Source of the DNA: Blastocatellia bacterium
GTDB taxonomy: Bacteria; Acidobacteriota; Blastocatellia; Chloracidobacteriales; JADJPF01
Direction of reading: 5' to 3'
NCBI GenBank assembly: GCA_039812885.1
Contig: JBDIBI010000015.1
Location: 1-62,877, forward strand
DNA: 62,877 bases
In this document: piece by piece, positions 20,133-27,856 of the stretch
Layout: every line of letters starts with the position of its first letter
How positions within the stretch are numbered: the stretch's first letter is position 1
Position numbers and translations under genes: made by a program
The notes under the pieces: model-generated
Told to the model about the DNA's origin: nothing
Seen by the model: only the letters and a program-made list of their open reading frames with translations
The model's database searches: none

Positions 20133-20357
20133 GTTTGTGCCTTTCTAACAAACGCTTATTTTAACTTTAACAATCTAAAGCTAGTTTTATGAAATATTAA
20201 ATTAGCAAGGGATTCTACTATAGCTTGAATCTAGTCACTAGCCCAGCTAAGCAAATTAATAGATAAACAATAATCTGTGGATACAGTTGACAAAAGGCTT
20301 ATGCTATTATTTCCCTACAAATCAAAACTGCCACTAAAGTTCAAGGAAATAGTAGTT

Positions 20358-22592
20358 ATGTTAATAAGTTTGAGAGCAAAAAGTCTTGGATCTACTTACT
20401 TTTTTGTTTGCCTTTGGCTTGCTTTGTTTTTGGTTTCCTCCGGATTTGGTCAACAAGCTGAAACTAATTTGAGAAAACGCCGAATTGCTGATCAAACAAG
20501 CACCATATTATCAAAGAACAATATTATTACTCAAAGCAAGCTAAAAATAGGAGAAAAACATAACTATGAAATTAAGCTAACTCAAGGAGAATATTTACAT
20601 TTAGCAGTTATTAAAAATGATGCTGATGTAGTTGCAACTCTTTTTGATCCAAATAATAAACAACTAATTAAAGTAGCCAGCACGGATCGCCCACAAGATC
20701 CAGAAGTAGGAATATTTGTACTAGTAGAAGTTACAGGTACATACACATTAACTATTATGCCCAGTCCTCTTAATCCTAATAACATAGTTAGCTATGGACT
20801 AAAAGTTAAAGATATCCACCTAGCTACCAAAGACGATAAAATCCGAATTACTTTACATTCGGCATATAGCGAAGCAGAACGCTTAAGATTAGAAAATACT
20901 AAAGAATCCTTGCAAAAGGCTTTTAGTCTATATACAGAAATTCTACCACAATGGAAACAAGTGAATGATTTGGAAGGAGAAGGAGCAACTCTTAATGCTA
21001 TTAGCACTATTTACTATAACTTTGGACAATACCAAGAAAGTCTACAAACCTTTGAACAATCTCTAAAAATCTGGCAACAACAAAATAACCCTTTATGGGA
21101 AGTAGCAACTCTTAATGCTATTGGAACAGTCTGCAATGTCATAAAAGAAAATCGTCGTGCTCTTTATTATCATCTGAAAGCTCAACAAATTGCAAATAAA
21201 CTAAAAGATCCTCAGTGGCTTATACTTAGTCTAAATGGATTAGGTAAAACCTGTACAGATTTAGGCGAATATCAACAAGCACTTAATTACTATCAACAGG
21301 TTAGAACTCTTAAAAAATCTCTAGGAGATAAGCGAGGAGAAGCTATTTCCTTAAGTAATATTGCGAACATTTATACAACTTTGCAAGACCATGACAATGC
21401 CTTAGCATACCATAAAGAAGCATTAGCAATATTTAAGTCTGTTGGGGATACTACTGGGGAAGCATCCACACTAAATAACCTAGGTAGAAGTTATATGCTA
21501 TTAGGAAATTATGATGATTCTTTAGAAGAATTTGAAAAGGCATTGGATAAAAAACGTTCTATAGCTGATTTGCGCGGAGAAGCAACAACGTTTAACAATA
21601 TTGGATATCTTTATATGGTTCGTAGTGAGCAAAAGAATAATAGATATTTTATCCATGCAACTTACTTTGGCTATATTTATAAAACAAAAGCTTTAGAAAA
21701 GTTTAAGCAAGCAGTATCTATTTGGCAAAAGATTAACGATCCTGTAGAAGAACAAACTTCTTTATCCTTAATTGCCAAAACTTATAAAAGTTTAGGTGAT
21801 AATAAAAGTGTAAATGAAGTCTCTCAACAAATACTGGCACTCGATAAATATATTAAAAACCTTAAAAGTGCTTCTGAATCTTTAGTAAAAGAGCAAACTT
21901 ATAAACAAACAACTGAACAAACAACTAACAATTATAATACTAATAACTTACCTATTAATAACTCATCTGCTAGTAATAGTAACAAATCTACTACTAATTT
22001 ACCGACTAATAATATAGATACAGATAATTCTATTTCTAAGAACTCCATTACAAGCAATTCTAGTAGTCAAAATTCTCAAACAACTCCTGTAGTACTACCT
22101 AAAATCCAAACAATTCCAATTTCAGAGCTTCCAAGTGTTTCAAGAAGAAAAACTTCAGAAAAAACTCAAACTAAGGCAAGCAAAACTGCTTCTAACACAG
22201 AAACAGAAAAAACAGATAGATCTGTTATAGATAAAAAAGATGATACAGCTATAGCAACAAACAAAAAGGAAACTACTGTAAACCCTACACCTACAACAAA
22301 AATACCTAATCAAATTGAGAAGAATGAATCTATTACAGAAAAGTTATCTACAGGAAAAGGAAATTTTAGTATCCAAGTAGGAGCTTTATCAAAACGAGAA
22401 GAAGCTGAAGTATTATCTAATCAGTTACGTAATAGTGGGTTACCAAGTTATGTTGCAGAAGGAAATGCTGGAGGGAAAACAGTTTTTCGGGTTCGTATGG
22501 GGCGATTTACAAGTATGGAAGAAGCTAAAAAAGTTGCAGCACAACTAAAAGCCAAAGGAGCAATTAAAGACTACTTTGTCACTTCACAGTAA
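20358..22592 (+). CDS. TPR-repeat protein with a C-terminal SPOR (septal peptidoglycan-binding) domain and a long N/S/T-rich disordered linker
   Basis: The ORF-track start at 20277 is GTG. The more likely start is the ATG at 20358, preceded by aaggaaat and followed by the signal-like MLISLRAKSLGSTYFFVCLWLALFLVSSGFG. There are multiple TPR units. The C-terminal FSIQVGALSKREEAEVLSNQLRNSGLPSYVAEGNAGGKTVFRVRMGRFTSMEEAKKVAAQLK is a canonical SPOR domain. Confidence 0.7.
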   Translation: MLISLRAKSLGSTYFFVCLWLALFLVSSGFGQQAETNLRKRRIADQTSTILSKNNIITQSKLKIGEKHNYEIKLTQGEYLHLAVIKNDADVVATLFDPNNKQLIKVASTDRPQDPEVGIFVLVEVTGTYTLTIMPSPLNPNNIVSYGLKVKDIHLATKDDKIRITLHSAYSEAERLRLENTKESLQKAFSLYTEILPQWKQVNDLEGEGATLNAISTIYYNFGQYQESLQTFEQSLKIWQQQNNPLWEVATLNAIGTVCNVIKENRRALYYHLKAQQIANKLKDPQWLILSLNGLGKTCTDLGEYQQALNYYQQVRTLKKSLGDKRGEAISLSNIANIYTTLQDHDNALAYHKEALAIFKSVGDTTGEASTLNNLGRSYMLLGNYDDSLEEFEKALDKKRSIADLRGEATTFNNIGYLYMVRSEQKNNRYFIHATYFGYIYKTKALEKFKQAVSIWQKINDPVEEQTSLSLIAKTYKSLGDNKSVNEVSQQILALDKYIKNLKSASESLVKEQTYKQTTEQTTNNYNTNNLPINNSSASNSNKSTTNLPTNNIDTDNSISKNSITSNSSSQNSQTTPVVLPKIQTIPISELPSVSRRKTSEKTQTKASKTASNTETEKTDRSVIDKKDDTAIATNKKETTVNPTPTTKIPNQIEKNESITEKLSTGKGNFSIQVGALSKREEAEVLSNQLRNSGLPSYVAEGNAGGKTVFRVRMGRFTSMEEAKKVAAQLKAKGAIKDYFVTSQ
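21880..22330 (+). repeat. Coding low-complexity region (Asn/Ser/Thr-rich linker) inside the TPR-SPOR gene
   Basis: The translated stretch TTNNYNTNNLPINNSSASNSNKSTTNLPTNNIDTDNSISKNSITSNSSSQNSQTT is compositionally biased, a probable disordered spacer. Confidence 0.6.
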
Positions 22593-22638
22593 GTCAAAAT
22601 ACTTCTTTTGTAGTTATAAAAGATTAAATTTTAAGCCG

Positions 22639-23316
22639 CTAATTTTTATTTTTCTCTGTTGATTCTGTATCAAGTTCTTGTTTATCAGTTTGTGTTGGTT
22701 GATAAAAATAGTCTGTTAAACTTGAGTCATCATCAGATTTTACAACAGTTCCAGAAAGCAACCGAGTTCTAATTAACTCTATTTGAATATCACTAACTCT
22801 AATTTCATCAAGTATTTTTTGTTTTTCTACTTCTAATCGAGACTGTTCTGTTTTGATGCGATCTTTTTCATCTTCTACTTCTTTTCTAATTGCCTTTTCA
22901 CCATCACTACGGTTAAGAAAAGTTCTAGTTAGTAACTCGTTATCAATATTTTTAAGTCTAAAATCTAGTTGTGATTGGCGGGACGTTAAAATATTGAGTT
23001 GAGCCTCAATTGCAGCAAGTTTATCTTTTATTTTATCTGATCGTTCTTGCTCTATTTTGTAAAAAAGCAAGTCTGTAATTCTACGTTGCTGAGCTCCAAG
23101 TTTTCTAATTTCTTTTGTTAACTGGCGTATTTCTTTTGAAAGCTCTACTGCATTTGGTTGGTCAATTTCAGATTTTGGCTTAGCAGTAGTTTCTGTGCGT
23201 TGGGCAATAGGAGCTTGGCGAGGCTGTTGTAAAGCAAAAAGCCAAACATTACCATCAATAAATGGACAACAAAACATTAACACTACAGCGGCAACCAACA
23301 GTTTTCTTCTGAGCAT
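22639..23316 (-). CDS. Secreted or periplasmic coiled-coil protein, hypothetical
   Basis: Signal peptide MLRRKLLVAAVVLMFCCPF followed by heptad-rich charged sequence. No enzymatic motif. The start is taken at the second Met of the ORF-track protein. Confidence 0.4.
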   Translation of the reverse strand: MLRRKLLVAAVVLMFCCPFIDGNVWLFALQQPRQAPIAQRTETTAKPKSEIDQPNAVELSKEIRQLTKEIRKLGAQQRRITDLLFYKIEQERSDKIKDKLAAIEAQLNILTSRQSQLDFRLKNIDNELLTRTFLNRSDGEKAIRKEVEDEKDRIKTEQSRLEVEKQKILDEIRVSDIQIELIRTRLLSGTVVKSDDDSSLTDYFYQPTQTDKQELDTESTEKNKN

Positions 23317-23538
23317 CACCTTATCCTCCCAAGACCATAAGAGCAATAAATAAAGCCTCTATAGATTTCAACCATTGAAAAGCAAAAAAGTTCCCAAAAT
23401 ATTTAGCTAATAAGGAAAATTTTTCCATAATTTCTGCAAGCTATTAGTTACCAAGTCTTGCAGTTGGCTTGCAATTAAACTATCTTAAAGGGTTGTTGAT
23501 TTTTATAGATTTTAACTAAAGGCTGGAAACTAAAATCC

Positions 23539-26178
23539 ATGACTGGACATGAAATTAGACAAAAATTTTTAGATTTTTTTGCTTCTAACCAACATCGCAT
23601 TGTTAAAAGCTCTCCTCTTTTACCTGCAAACGACCCTACCCTGCTTTTTGCTAATGCAGGAATGAACCAATTTAAGGATGTATTCTTAGGTTCAGAGTTA
23701 CGTGATTACACTCGCGCAACTACATCTCAAAAGTGTATTCGTGCTGGTGGTAAACATAATGATTTAGAAGAAGTAGGAAAAACTGCTCGTCATCATACTT
23801 TTTTTGAAATGTTAGGCAATTTTTCTTTTGGAGATTATTTTAAAGAAGAAGCCATCGTATTTTCTTGGGATCTACTCCTAAAAGAATTTAAACTCCCATT
23901 AAATAGACTTTGGTTTACAGTCTACAAAGATGATGATGAAGCTTTAGAGCTTTGGAAAAAGGTAGGAGCACCAGCCGATCGGATTTTAAAATTTGCTGAA
24001 AAAGATAATTTTTGGCAAATGGGTGATACTGGCCCTTGTGGCCCTTGTTCAGAAATACACTACTATATGGGCGATGACCTTTCTCTACAACGTGCAGATA
24101 TGGTCAACGGGCCAGGCGACGACATCATGGAAATTTGGAATCTAGTCTTTATGCAATTTAACCGTGATGCAAGCAAAACACTTCACCCTCTACCTAAACC
24201 TTCTGTTGATACAGGAATGGGTTTAGAACGTATCAGTGCTGTACTTCAAGGTGTTAAAAGCAATTATGATACAGATTTAATTAAACCAATCCTTCATTTT
24301 ATAAGTGATCTATGCAAACAAGAATATGTAGCAAATACTCCTGAAGGAATGTCAATGAGAGTACTTGCTGATCATGCTCGTGCTACAGCATTTGCTATTG
24401 CAGATGGGATTTTACCAGGAAACCTTGGGCGCAATTATGTATTACGCAAAATTATGCGTAGAGCTATTTATCATGGCAGCCATAGATTAGGTTTATCAGA
24501 TATTTTCTTCCACAAAATTATAGATTTTGTTACCCATATGATGGGAAATGCTTATCCAGAGCTTTTTACAGCTCGTAATTTTACAGGTCAAATTGTTGAA
24601 GGTGAAGAACGACGTTTCCGCAACACTCTAAAAACTTGTTTACCTAAATTCCATGATTTAGTAGAACGTCATGCTGGTGAAATGCCTCCATATAAAGAAC
24701 TTGCTCGTCTTTATGATACTTTTGGTATGCCTCAAGATTTAATGAAGGTAATGTTAGAGCAACAAAATCATCAATGGTCAGAAGAGGCTTTTGAACAAGC
24801 ATTAGAAGAACTTCAAAAAACAACTATGGTAGCCTGTGCAACTCCAGCACAAGCTAAAACTAAACCTATTTATCAACAACTCTCTGAACGCATTAAGACA
24901 ACTTTTACCGGCTATCAAGGCACAGAACTTCTTGGAGCTAAGGTTGTAGCAATACTAGCTAAAGATCAAGAAATTAACGAGTTAAGTGCAACTACAAGTG
25001 AGGCTGAAGGAGAAGTAATTTTAGACAGAACTCCTTTTTATGCTGAATCTGGTGGTCAAATTGGAGACACAGGAATCTTTGAAAATGAGTCTACTTTAGT
25101 AAAAGTACTTGATACTTATGCTTCTATGCCAGGTCTCTCAATTCACAAAGTAAAAGTTGAAAAAGGCTCTCTAAAAGTAGGGGATGAAGTTGCTGCTTTG
25201 GTTGATGATGAACGCCGTCGCCGCATTATGCTCAATCATACATCTACACATTTGCTACATGCAGCATTAAAGGAAGTGTTAGGACAACACATAAAACAAG
25301 CTGGTAGTCTTGTTGCTCCTGATCGCTTACGATTTGACTTTACACATTATGCAGCACTAACAGATTCAGAAATTGCTGAGTTAGAACGTTTGGTAAATGA
25401 ACAAATCCAACATAATGCACAACTTTCTAAAGAGGAAATGGAGCTAGAAAAAGCTCTTGCTTCAGGTGCAGTAGCATTATTTGGAGAAAAATATTCTAGC
25501 AAAGTTAGAGTTATAAGCGTTCCCGGTTTTAGTACAGAACTTTGTGGCGGAACTCACGTATCAGCAACAGGAGACATTGGTTTATTTAAGATAGTCTCTG
25601 ATAGTTCGGTAGCTGCTGGAATTCGCCGCATTGAAGCAATTACTGGCCCTGCGGCAGTAGAACGCTACCAACAAGCTTATAATTTACTTGATGGTTTATC
25701 TGTAGCCTTCAAATCTAGTTGGAACGATATTCCATCACAAATTGAACGGTTGCAATCTGCGCTTAAAGCGGCAACATCACAAATTGATGGCTTAAAGCTC
25801 AAATTAGCAACTCAATCAGCTTCTAATGCTCTTGAACAAGCTAAAACTGTTGGTAATGTAAAAGTTTTAGCTCAAAAAGTTGAAGATTTAGATCGCAGTG
25901 GAATGCGCCAACTAGCTGATACACTTAGCCAAAAACTTGGTTCAAGTGTAGTTGTTTTAGGCTTGGCAGAAGAAGGTAAAGCAGCACTTTTGGTTAGAGT
26001 ATCTAATGACTTAACCAAGCAGTTTAATGCAGGTAAAATAGTTAACGAATTAGCTACTATAGTTGGAGGAAGAGGTGGTGGAAAACCTGATCTAGCAGAA
26101 GCAGGAGGAAAAGACCCTTCTAAACTTGGGGAAGCTTTAACTGCTAGTTATGAACTTGTAGAAAGAATGTCAAACTAA
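23539..26178 (+). CDS. alaS: Alanine--tRNA ligase AlaS
   Basis: 879 aa. Conserved AlaS N-terminal catalytic motifs (FANAGMNQFK, GDYFKEEAI), editing-domain HxxxH zinc motifs (HTSTHLLHAALK) and a C-terminal DHHA1-like GGRGGGKPDLA. Confidence 0.9.
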   Translation: MTGHEIRQKFLDFFASNQHRIVKSSPLLPANDPTLLFANAGMNQFKDVFLGSELRDYTRATTSQKCIRAGGKHNDLEEVGKTARHHTFFEMLGNFSFGDYFKEEAIVFSWDLLLKEFKLPLNRLWFTVYKDDDEALELWKKVGAPADRILKFAEKDNFWQMGDTGPCGPCSEIHYYMGDDLSLQRADMVNGPGDDIMEIWNLVFMQFNRDASKTLHPLPKPSVDTGMGLERISAVLQGVKSNYDTDLIKPILHFISDLCKQEYVANTPEGMSMRVLADHARATAFAIADGILPGNLGRNYVLRKIMRRAIYHGSHRLGLSDIFFHKIIDFVTHMMGNAYPELFTARNFTGQIVEGEERRFRNTLKTCLPKFHDLVERHAGEMPPYKELARLYDTFGMPQDLMKVMLEQQNHQWSEEAFEQALEELQKTTMVACATPAQAKTKPIYQQLSERIKTTFTGYQGTELLGAKVVAILAKDQEINELSATTSEAEGEVILDRTPFYAESGGQIGDTGIFENESTLVKVLDTYASMPGLSIHKVKVEKGSLKVGDEVAALVDDERRRRIMLNHTSTHLLHAALKEVLGQHIKQAGSLVAPDRLRFDFTHYAALTDSEIAELERLVNEQIQHNAQLSKEEMELEKALASGAVALFGEKYSSKVRVISVPGFSTELCGGTHVSATGDIGLFKIVSDSSVAAGIRRIEAITGPAAVERYQQAYNLLDGLSVAFKSSWNDIPSQIERLQSALKAATSQIDGLKLKLATQSASNALEQAKTVGNVKVLAQKVEDLDRSGMRQLADTLSQKLGSSVVVLGLAEEGKAALLVRVSNDLTKQFNAGKIVNELATIVGGRGGGKPDLAEAGGKDPSKLGEALTASYELVERMSN

Positions 26179-26189
26179 CCCTCAAAAGC

Positions 26190-26526
26190 TCTACTTGATC
26201 AACCTAGGGTTAGTTTAACACTAACTCTAGGTTTCCCACTTAAATAAACCTTCTCTTCAAAATCATAACTAGTCAACTACCTACCCGTAAACGGGTAGGC
26301 TTGAGGGCGTAAAAGCCAACAAGCCCAGTTGAGCAGACTAAGCTTAGAAATAAGCTACGTTACGAAGAGAGTTAAAGAACGCACCCTAGAATGCGAGCCA
26401 GTTCTAGGCTCTGTAACTTCTAAGTTAAACAGACGTAAGGGTATAAAGTCAGTGCCTAGAAGAAATACTGATTCGTAACATTGTCGAGGCAAACATAACC
26501 ATAGAAATATGAGGTTTTTACTAACT
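26190..26526 (+). ncRNA. Candidate omega-RNA of the IscB locus: a structured non-coding region immediately upstream of iscB in the same orientation
   Basis: About 330 nt with no credible ORF, packed with stem-loops. (1) 26202-26232 is a 12-bp stem with one G·U pair. (2) CCTACCCG-TAAA-CGGGTAGG at 26280-26299 is a perfect 8-bp stem. (3) ggctt/aagcc at 26298-26317. (4) AGCTTA-GAAA-TAAGCT at 26341-26356. (5) CCTAGAA(26385-26391)/TTCTAGG(26402-26408). In addition, cctagaag recurs at 26454-26461, giving alternative, pseudoknot-like pairing. Its position relative to iscB matches the known organisation of omega-RNA followed by iscB. Confidence 0.55.
26202..26232 (+). other. Imperfect palindromic hairpin just after the alaS stop: either the alaS terminator or the IS200/605-like left-end subterminal hairpin
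   Basis: ACCTAGGGTTAG-tttaaca-CTAACTCTAGGT gives 12 pairs including one G·U. It is followed by tttccc, which is not a strong U-tract. Confidence 0.4.
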
Positions 26527-27822
26527 ATGCAAAAAGTATTTGTACTAGATACCAAGGGAAAACAACTAGATATGTGTCATCCTGGACAAGCTAGAAGGCT
26601 TTTGAAAGCTGGACAGGCAGCAGTGTATAAGCGTTTTCCTTTTACAATTAAACTTAAACGAGAAGTATGTAAGGCAGACTTACAAAACTATCAACTAAAG
26701 TTAGATCCTGGCAGTAAAAAAACAGGTGTTGCAATTGTTAACCAAGAAACAGGAGAAGTAGTCTTTGCTGCTAAAATAGAACATCGTGGACAAACTATTA
26801 AAGTTAGTTTAGATAATCGTCGTGAAGTTCGTCGTAATAGGCGAAACAGAAAGACTCGTTATCGTAAGTCTAGGTTTCATAATAGAACTCGCTCTAAAGG
26901 TTGGTTAGCACCTTCTCTACTGAGTAGAGTAGCTAATGTAGAAACTTGGGTTAGAAAGCTAATACAGTTGTGCCCAATAAGTGGAATTAGCTTAGAACTT
27001 GTTAAATTTGATACTCAGTTAATGCAAAATGCTGAAATTAAAGGGGTTCAATACCAACAAGGGACTTTAGCTGGTTATGAGCTGCGCGAGTATCTACTGG
27101 AGAAGTACAAGCGTAAATGTGCTTATTGCAAGAAAGAAAATATCCCTTTACAGATAGAGCATATAGTTCCAAAAAGCAGAGGTGGTAGTAATAGAGTGAC
27201 AAACCTAACTTTGGCTTGCGAAAAATGCAACTTAAAGAAAGCTAATAAAACTGCTACAGAATTTGGTTATCCTGAAGTTCAAGCTCAAGCTAAATTACCA
27301 TTAAAAGATGCTGCTGCTGTAAATAGTACAAGATGGGAAATATACAATAGGCTAAAGGGATTTGCTTTGCCAATAGAAACAGGTAGTGGTGGACTAACTA
27401 AGTTTAATCGTGCTAGCCAAAACTTACCTAAGACACATTACATAGATGCAGCATGTGTTGGAATAAGCACACCATTACTAAAACTAGATAAAGTACAAGT
27501 ACTAGAGATAAAAGCTACAGGACAGGGCACTCGCCAAATGTGTAAAGTAGATAAAATAGGATTTCCTCGCACTAGCGCAAAAACAGCAAAGAAGTTTTTT
27601 GGTTTTCAAACAGGAGACATAGTTAAAGCAATTGTTACTAGTGGTAAAAAAATTGGTACTTATATTGGTAAAGTTGCGGTTCGTGCTACGGGCTTTTTTG
27701 CCATTATCACTACTTCTGGCAAGGTCGATTCCATTAAGCATAACTTTTGCAAACTACTCTTTGCTTGTGATGGTTACTCTTATTCTTACTCTATATCAAA
27801 TGGCAATTCCTCCACAGCCTAA
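26509..27822 (+). CDS. iscB: IscB, an OMEGA-system RNA-guided endonuclease (Cas9 ancestor). It has a PLMP-like N-domain, split RuvC, an Arg-rich bridge helix, an HNH zinc finger and a C-terminal TAM-interaction-like domain
   Basis: The 437-aa ORF probably starts in reality at the ATG at 26527 (MQKVFVLD...). N-domain motifs KRFPFTIKL. RuvC-I LKLDPGSKKTGVAIV with Asp66 (nt 26704-26706). Bridge helix RREVRRNRRNRKTRYRKSRFHNRTR. RuvC-II ISLELVKFD with Glu163 (26995-26997). HNH CAYC...IEHIVPKSRGGSNRVTNLTLACEKCN with His218 (27160-27162) and CxxC...CxxC. RuvC-III THYIDAACVG with His310 and Asp313 (27436-27447). The whole order matches characterised IscB proteins such as OgeuIscB. Confidence 0.85.
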   Translation: MRFLLTMQKVFVLDTKGKQLDMCHPGQARRLLKAGQAAVYKRFPFTIKLKREVCKADLQNYQLKLDPGSKKTGVAIVNQETGEVVFAAKIEHRGQTIKVSLDNRREVRRNRRNRKTRYRKSRFHNRTRSKGWLAPSLLSRVANVETWVRKLIQLCPISGISLELVKFDTQLMQNAEIKGVQYQQGTLAGYELREYLLEKYKRKCAYCKKENIPLQIEHIVPKSRGGSNRVTNLTLACEKCNLKKANKTATEFGYPEVQAQAKLPLKDAAAVNSTRWEIYNRLKGFALPIETGSGGLTKFNRASQNLPKTHYIDAACVGISTPLLKLDKVQVLEIKATGQGTRQMCKVDKIGFPRTSAKTAKKFFGFQTGDIVKAIVTSGKKIGTYIGKVAVRATGFFAIITTSGKVDSIKHNFCKLLFACDGYSYSYSISNGNSSTA

Positions 27823-27832
27823 AGTCTGTGGA
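27811..27832 (+). other. Hairpin overlapping the iscB stop codon, a candidate right-end structure of the element or a terminator
   Basis: TCCACAG(27811-27817)-cctaaagt-CTGTGGA(27826-27832) is a perfect 7-bp stem with no U-tract. It lies 25 nt before the kinase-gene ATG. Confidence 0.35.
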
Positions 27833-27856
27833 CTCCTTGCCGAAGATTGTTGAATA

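Larger units (their letters stand above)
26195..27835 (+). mobile_element. IscB-type IS200/IS605-family element lacking tnpA (non-autonomous or domesticated), inserted between alaS and the kinase gene
   Basis: It carries only the omega-RNA region plus iscB. Imperfect palindromic hairpins lie at both edges (26202-26232 and 27811-27832), as IS200/605 ends typically do. There is no Y1 transposase gene anywhere in the window. The boundaries given are approximate. Confidence 0.45.

Noticed and set aside
4354-20785. Assorted 60-107-aa antisense ORFs from the six-frame track (4354-4638, 5311-5493, 6577-6900, 7704-7919, 9683-9874, 10871-11077, 12572-12769, 13704-14000, 17597-17800, 18434-18961, 20582-21007)
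   Set aside because: All are nested antisense or out-of-frame inside longer, motif-supported genes. None has independent support.
26355-26555. 66-aa antisense ORF inside the putative omega-RNA region
   Set aside because: It is antisense to iscB and overlaps the strongest hairpins. It has no RBS or recognisable motif. The region is better explained as structured RNA.
26509-27822. Possibility that the RuvC-HNH protein is a miniature Cas9 of a type II CRISPR system
   Set aside because: No CRISPR repeat array, cas1, cas2 or tracrRNA-like anti-repeat appears anywhere in the 62.9 kb. The 437-aa size lacks a REC lobe. The N-terminal PLMP-like domain is IscB-specific.
27502-27853. Two short ORFs (79 aa on minus, 73 aa on plus) overlapping the 3' end of iscB
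   Set aside because: They are embedded in the iscB C-terminal domain coding sequence in other frames. Their hydrophobic, low-complexity translations are typical of AT-rich spurious ORFs.
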